Below are positions 52,001 through 59,200 of a stretch of 64,000 nt of DNA, in pieces. The position numbers were made by a program, and so were the translations under genes. Position 1 is the first letter of the stretch. Each line of letters starts with the position of its first letter. Under the pieces are notes generated by a model that saw only the letters and a program-made list of their open reading frames with translations, had not been told where the DNA came from and did no database searches. Source of the DNA: Squalus acanthias (lineage: Eukaryota); NCBI GenBank assembly GCA_030390025.1, contig CM059438.1:60886001-60950000 (forward strand), written 5' to 3'.

Positions 52001-55000
52001 CAAGTCGGCAGTAAAAAATCCCGGAAATTGCGAGCGCGTCGGGAACCCGCCGCCTCACACATTTAACTCGGGCGGCTTTGAAGGCGCGACACGGACCCGA
52101 TCCACAGAGGCGGGTGATCTCATTCAAGTCATTAACTGCTTGTTGAGAGACCCTTAAGAGGGTTTTTAACGCCAGCTTTCGACTTTAACTTCGGGAGCAC
52201 GGGATTCACGAGTACCTCGCCTGTGAAGGGGTGGCAGAAGCTCAGTGACCACTGGCCAGTCCATTCATTGAGAGCTGGGAAAAGCACATAATTACTGCAG
52301 CATTACACCTCATTACTTGCCTCATGGAAAGGCCCTTGCTCACTCCATTTTGTCCACAGATTAAGGTGTCAGAAGTTTGCAGGTCATTTCTGAAACCTCG
52401 GAAGTCACTCTCACCACATTGCTACTCAGTATCACAACAGTGAGAGATTGGCCCTCTGATCGCCACTTTACCTGCCATCTACTACATCAGCATGGGTGCC
52501 GCTTAGGCTGTCTCATCTTGGTCCTCCGAATCGGACCAAGATAAGCCCTACCACCAGCAACCACCACAGCAGCCTTCTCAATGACCTGATGCTCCACAGG
52601 AGAGGGGGGCACCATAGGGCTGCAGCGCGCTGGAGGCAATACCCACAACACAGGGTATACAGGCAGAGGATGAGCTTCCTCAACATGACTGAGCAGCAGT
52701 GCTTCAGGAGGCTCAGGCTATCGCATCAGGTCGTCGCAGACATTTGTAGCTTGCTGGAACAAGACCTGCTGCCCAGAGGTCCTGGTGGACACTCCTTACC
52801 AGTGGCTGTCAAAGTCACCACTGCTCTCAACTTCTTCGCCTCAGGCTCCTTCCAGGGATCTGCAGCAGACATTTGCAGCATCTCGCAGTCAGCCGCCCAC
52901 AGATGCATCACCCCAGATGACCGATGCCATGTTTCACAAGTCAGCCAATTATATCAACTTTGCCACTGATGAGGCCAGTGTTACTGATTGGGCGCTTGGC
53001 TTTACAGCTCTGGCTGACTTCCCACAGGTGCAGGGCATCATTGAATGCACACATATGGCCATGAAAGCACCCCCTCATCACCCAGGAGTGTTTGTGAACC
53101 GCAAGGACTTCCACTCCCTCAATGTGCAGCTCATCTGATATGTGCGCCAGATTCCCTGACAGCTGTCATGACTCTTTCGTGCTGCACCAGTCCACCCTCG
53201 CTCAGCTCTTCGCACCTCATACCGGCTGGCTGTTTGGAGACAAGGGCTATCCACTGAAGACGTGGCTCATGACACCTTTGAGGACGCCAAGTACTGAGGC
53301 CAAGGAGCACTATAATGAGAGCCACATGTCCATCAGATGCGTCATGAAGCAAGCAATAGGCATGCTGCAGATACGCTGCACATGCCTCGACAGATCTGGA
53401 GGAACCCTTCAGTACGCACCAGCCAGGGTCTCCAGAATCTGTTGTTGTTTGGCGAACTGACCTCTACCTAGCGGAAGCTGAACGCCAACTCTCCGACACC
53501 TCCTCCTACCTCCGCCTATACCATGACCCCACTACCGAACATCAAGCCACCATTTCCAAGACTGTCACTGACCTCATCTCCTCTGGAGATCTTCCCCCCA
53601 CGGCCGCCAACCTCAGTTCCCCAACCCCGCAAAGCCCGTTTCTACCTCCTTCCCAAGATCCACAAACAGGACTGCCCTGGTAGACCCATCGTTTCAGCCT
53701 GTTCTTGCCCCATGGAACTTATCTCTTCCTATCTCGACTCTATTTTTTCTCCCCTTGTCTAGTCTCTTCCCAGCCTACATCCGCGACTCTTCCGACGCCC
53801 TCTGCCACTTTAACAGTTTCCTGGCCCCAACCGCCTCCTTTTCACTATGGACGTACAATCCCTCTACACCTCCATCCCCCACCAGGATGGCCTGAGGGCG
53901 CTCCGCTTCTTCCTTGAACAGAGGCCCATCCACCACCACCCTCCTCCGCCTGGCTGAACTTGTTCTCACATTGAACAACTTCTCCTTTGACTCCACTCAC
54001 TTCTCCAAATCAAAGGTGTTGCTATCGGAACCCGCATGGGTCCTAGCTATGCCTGCCTTTTCGTGGGATAGGTGGAACATTCTTTGTTCCAGTCCTACTC
54101 AGGTCCCTTCCCTCACCTCTTTTTCCAGTACATTGATGACTGTATCGGTGCCGTTTCCTGCTCTCGCCCTGAACTAGATAATTTCATTCACTTTGCTTCC
54201 AATTTCCACCCTTCCCTCACCTTCACATGGTCCATCCTCGACTCTTCCCTTCCTCGACTTCTCCGTCTCCATCTCTGGAGATAGGTTATTTACAAACATT
54301 CACTACAAGCCCACTGACTCCCACAGCTACCTGGACTACACTTCCTCCCACCCCGCCTCCTGTAAGGACTCTATTCCATTCTCCCAATTTCTCCGTCTCC
54401 GCCGCATCTGCTCTGACGATGCCACCTTCCACACCAGTGCTTCCGACATGTCTTCCTTTTTCCCTCAACCAAGGATTCCCCTCTACTGTGGTCGACACGG
54501 CCCTCGACCGTGTCCGTTCTATCTTCCGCACTTCTGCCCTCACCCCTGCCTCCCGCAACCACGATAGAGTCCCCCTTGTCCTCACCTTTCACCCCACCAG
54601 CCTCCACATTCAACGGATCATCCTCTGCCATTTTCGCCACCTCCAGCGTGATCCCACCACCAAACACATCTTCCCCTCACCTCCCTTTTCAGCATTCCGA
54701 AGGGACCGCTCCCTCCGCGACATCCTGGTCCACTCCTCTATCATCCCCAACACCCCTTCTCCTTCGCCCGGCACCTTCCCGTGCAAGCGCAGGAGATGCA
54801 ACACATGCCCTTATACCTCCCCCCTTCCCACTGTCCAGGGCCCCAAACACCCCTTGCAGGTGAAACAGCGATTTACTTGTACTTCTTGCAATTTAGTATA
54901 CTGTATTCGCTGCTCATGATGTGGTCTCCTCTACATTGGGGAGACCAAACGCAGATTGGGTGACCGCTTTGCGGAACACCTCCGTTCAGTCCGTAAGGGG

Positions 55001-58000
55001 GATCACGAACTTCCGGTCGCCTGTCACTTTAATTCTCCGCTCCACTCTCATTCAGACCTCACCGTCCTCGGCCTCTTGCATTGTTCCACTGAAGCTCAGT
55101 GTAAGCTCGAGGAACAGCACCTCATCTTTCGATTAGGCACTTTACAGCCTTCTGGACTCAACATAGAGTTCAACAATTTCAGACCATAACCTCGGCCCCT
55201 ATCATATATGTATATATTTTTTATCCACACCTTTTGTTTGTGTCTTTTCTTCTCTCCCACATGGCAGCTGTCTTTCACTCTGCCAGCGCAATTTACACTT
55301 CATCTAGAGCCATCTTTTGTTTCTTAACCTGTCCCATTACCATCTCCTTTTGCCTTGAATATCTCTTAATGTCTCTTAACTTCTCCTATCTTCTATCCTA
55401 TCACAGACCTTCCCTTTTGTTCTTTCATCCCCCCCCCCTTTCCCAGCCCTTACACTTGCTTAAAAATCTGTTCCATTTCCTGCTTTTTTCCAGTTCTGAC
55501 GAAAGGTCATCGACCTGAAACGTTAACTCTGTTTCTCTCTTCACAGATGCTGCCTGACCTGCTGAGTATCTCCAGCATTTTCTGTTTTTATCTCCAGAAT
55601 CAGCGTCGTTCGCTGCGTGCTATACAACATAGCGCAGCAGCGAGGATCGGAGCTGCAGGAGAAGCAAGGCGCAGAGCGCACAGCCTCTTCAGAGGAAGAG
55701 GAGGAGCAGGAGGAACCACCCAAGGTGGAGATGGCACCAGCAGTAGCGCACATTGCTGCCCGGGAGGGCCTCATCATGATCAGATTTACTTAACTTGCTG
55801 CAATGCAGCCACCTGGCTGTCAAACTCCTGTACTAAGTTTCCACCCTCCGCCCCCCTACAACATCATAAAGCATCCCAAAGCCCCAGTGCTCGAGGTTAA
55901 GTAATATCTCACCATTCACTCCAAGTGACAAAGCCACTTTCAAGGTAGCAGGCAAAAATGGACAAGACCCGAAAGCGGTGCAAAGAAAAACATTTATGTG
56001 TAGCATCAAAATAACTGAAACTTAACACTAACAGTTTTTCATACACCCATGTGCATCTACTTTTGTGTCTTTTTTCTTTTCCGAGTGCTTCTATGAGGTG
56101 CAACCCTGTGGCTTCAGCAGTAGTGGGAGGCTGCCCACTTCCCAGCTGCGATTCATTAGACACTTTTGCTGGATGTCCTCTGGGTTTTGGAGCCTGTGCT
56201 GGCCCTGCCAAAGTCTGCTCCTCCTGCAACTGTGCAGGGGCAGACAAAGCCATCGGGATTCCAGAAAGCATGTGGGGCTCTAACTGAGGGGGAGGCAACG
56301 GGGGAGAAGTGGGAGCGCTTTGAGAAGAGCCCCCACCCACTTCCATGTCCCCTCTCAGCATCATCCCTCTCATTGGCTACCCGCACCTCCCTGCTAGCAA
56401 GGAGCTGCACAGCAGTGGGGAGATGAATGCCCAAGTCTACGTTTATATCCCTCCTTGAGAGGAGGTCTATGAGCATCTGCCATCTGTTGTCCACAGCTAG
56501 CATGTGCTCATATGACTGGCGTATTTGCTGCTCCATGAAGGTGGCCATCCTTTCCATGGAAGAGCACATCATCGCCATAGCCTGCTACATGGTGCTGCTC
56601 ATGTTGGAGATGGACTCCTCCATTCTCTGAATATTTGCAGACATCGCAGCTGTAAAAGATGCCGGAGCCTCATGCAATTGTTGCTGCCCCTCCAGGATCG
56701 CCCTCTTTCTCGATGGCCCCCGAGGCTCAGTGTCTGCATGCAGCTCGGCAGAGCTTGGAGCGCCCTGCGGCAAGAAGTCTCCACTGCTGCCCCTGTCAAC
56801 ACCATCTGCTCTTACTCACTTGTGAAGTGTGAGACACCAGGTGACAACTCTACTCTATCTCGCACAGGACCCACCGAGGTGTGCATATCTGGGCTGGTGC
56901 TGGGTGTGCTTGGGTCTGCTGACACTGCACCCTCAGAGGCTGGAGAGTCCTCCGAGTCGTCGTCGTTTTCCTCCGGCTGTACAGTGGCGGGTGGGGGTTG
57001 GGGGGGGGCGGTTGATGGACATGTGGGAGAGCGAAGAGATGAATTAAAAGTGTTATAAGAATGGGTAACATTACTATTATGCACGTGATGACATTTCACT
57101 GGCTGCTGACATCAGTCACCATATGAGTGACTGTTGTAAGCCATGCGGCTGTATGAGATGTGATTCTGTCACCAAGTTGCTGGGATGACCCCCTCTCTCC
57201 GTCTCCCACTGGTAGCAGCTCTGCAACTCCAGATATCTTCAGGGCCCCCTCCTCTGCTGGTGTTAGTTGGGTGAAGACTGGAGGGCTACTTCCGGTTCTC
57301 TGCCTCTCCCTATTGTTCTGGGCTCTTTTCTCCTGCAAGGAGGGAAAGAGAAGTTTGAGTGAGAGTGATGGAATGAGTATAAGGAATGGATGGGTTACAT
57401 CTGTAGAGGGTGACTATGAGGGAGTGGGGTGAGAATGCCAAATGGCCTCCTTCCGTGGTGTTACTTGCTATGATTGTATTAGGATGAGGGTGAGTTTCAG
57501 GTGTGGTTAGTCAGATGGGGATGTGAGTATGTACATAGAGAGGGATGGGTGGACGTGCAAGGTATGTTGGTGCGAGGAATGATATGCAGGAAGGAGTAGG
57601 CTTGGGAAGCCAGAGTGATGGGGATGTGATGACAGGCACATCAGGATGAGGGTGAGTGTGGCATTGCACTCACCTTTCCTGACCTCATCAGATCATTGAA
57701 TGGTTTCCTGCACTGGATCCAGGTCCTCCTCATGACTTCCCTGCTGCTGACCTCCTCTGCTATCTCCAACCAGGTTCTTTTGGTGTCTTTTGGAGGTTTC
57801 CTGCGCCTATCAGCAGGGAACAGGACCTGCCTGCGTGCTCTCACTGCCTCCACCAGAGTATGCAGGGATGCGTCAGAAAGTCATGGTGCAGCCCTCTGCC
57901 TTTGACTGTCCATCATTGCTGGTTTAGAACAGTATTCAGTCCTTTGTATTTCAGCGTCCACCCTCCTCTAGCAACCCTCAAATGAGTTGAGTGCAAGGCT

Positions 58001-59169
58001 GCTTTAAATATCAGCACTGGAAACGAGTCATCAATGACGTCATCAGACCCGCTCCATTTAATTGGGCCTGACGAACTCATCGCCCTGAAGAATGCGCTGA
58101 GCAGAACATCACGTTCCCGACCAGCTACGCGGCTCACACGCACCCAACCCGACTCCACGGTAATAATTCCAGCCAGAGTCTCTGCTCTGATGTGGTATTC
58201 CACCCGAGATATCAGTTTGTCCTTTCCCTTTCCTGGAGGGCTACTACTGAGCCAAGGTGTTAGTCGTGGTTCAGTGGGTAGCACTCTCACCTCAGTGTTA
58301 GAAGATTCAAGTCCCACTCCAGAGATCTGAGCACATAATCCAGGCTGACACTCCAGTGCAGTACTGAGGGAATGCTGCACTGCCAGAGGTGCTGTCTTTC
58401 AGATGAGACATTAAACCGAAGCCCCGTCTGCCCTCTCAATTGGATGTAGAAGATCCCATGGCACTATTTGCAGAAGAGCAGAGGAGTTCTCCCCGGTCTC
58501 CTGGTTAATATTTATCCCTCAACCAACAACTAAAATCAGATTATCTGGTGATTATCACATTGCTGTTTGTGGGACCTAGCTGTGCGCAAATTTGCTGCTG
58601 TGTTTCCCTTCAATTCAACAGTGACTACACTTCAAAAGTACTTCATTGGCTGTAAAGCGCTTTGGGATGTCCTGAGGTTGTGAAAAGTGCTGAATAAATG
58701 CAAGTTTTTCTTTGTTTCCTGTCTGACCTGCTGTGCATTCCTGGTGGTTTCTCTTCATACACCATTATAAACAAAGCTAATGTCAGCTCCTGTCACGTAC
58801 AGTATTTGCTGATGGCTATGAACCTTAGTGTTGGCTCCTGTACACAGATGCGATGAAAGGAATGAGCAGTGGTCGCAGCAGAGCAGGAACCTCAGCCCAG
58901 TGCTGGTGACGAGGAGCCTGGTAACACAAATGAGTATCACCTGCAAAAACCCCCAGAAGCCAGCGGGTCTCAACAAGCTGTGGGTAGCTGCAGTGTGACG
59001 ATGAAGGACGGTACAGGCTTGTGCCCACAACCCTTTATATTTCAAGTCCTTATCTCGGTCGTGGCGAGGCAATGAACTTTGGTCTCTAGTGTGGGGAAGA
59101 TGATGAGAGGGGGAAATGGTCATTCCCAACTCGCTCTCTCTCTCGCTCACTTCCTGTCAGCTGCTTTCA

Positions 59170-59200
<31 letters not shown>

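Larger units (their letters stand above)
52492..55793 (+). pseudogene. Harbinger (HARBI1-like, DDE_Tnp_4) transposase pseudogene, split at 53440-55590
   Basis: Motifs [77 protein letters not shown]...IRFT*; frameshifts; apparent catalytic D>E and E>K changes. Confidence 0.88.
51961..58174 (+). mobile_element. PIF/Harbinger DNA transposon, full-length but inactive, two convergent genes, interrupted by a Penelope-like element
   Basis: Imperfect TIRs GGCCGGAATT / AATTCCAGCC; flanking AGA..AGA 3-bp TSD candidate; HARBI1-like transposase on + and Myb/SANT gene on -. Confidence 0.85.

Noticed and set aside
52492..53460. Domesticated host gene HARBI1
   Set aside because: Frameshifts, altered catalytic residues, PLE insertion, TIRs and a linked Myb gene show it is a dead transposon.
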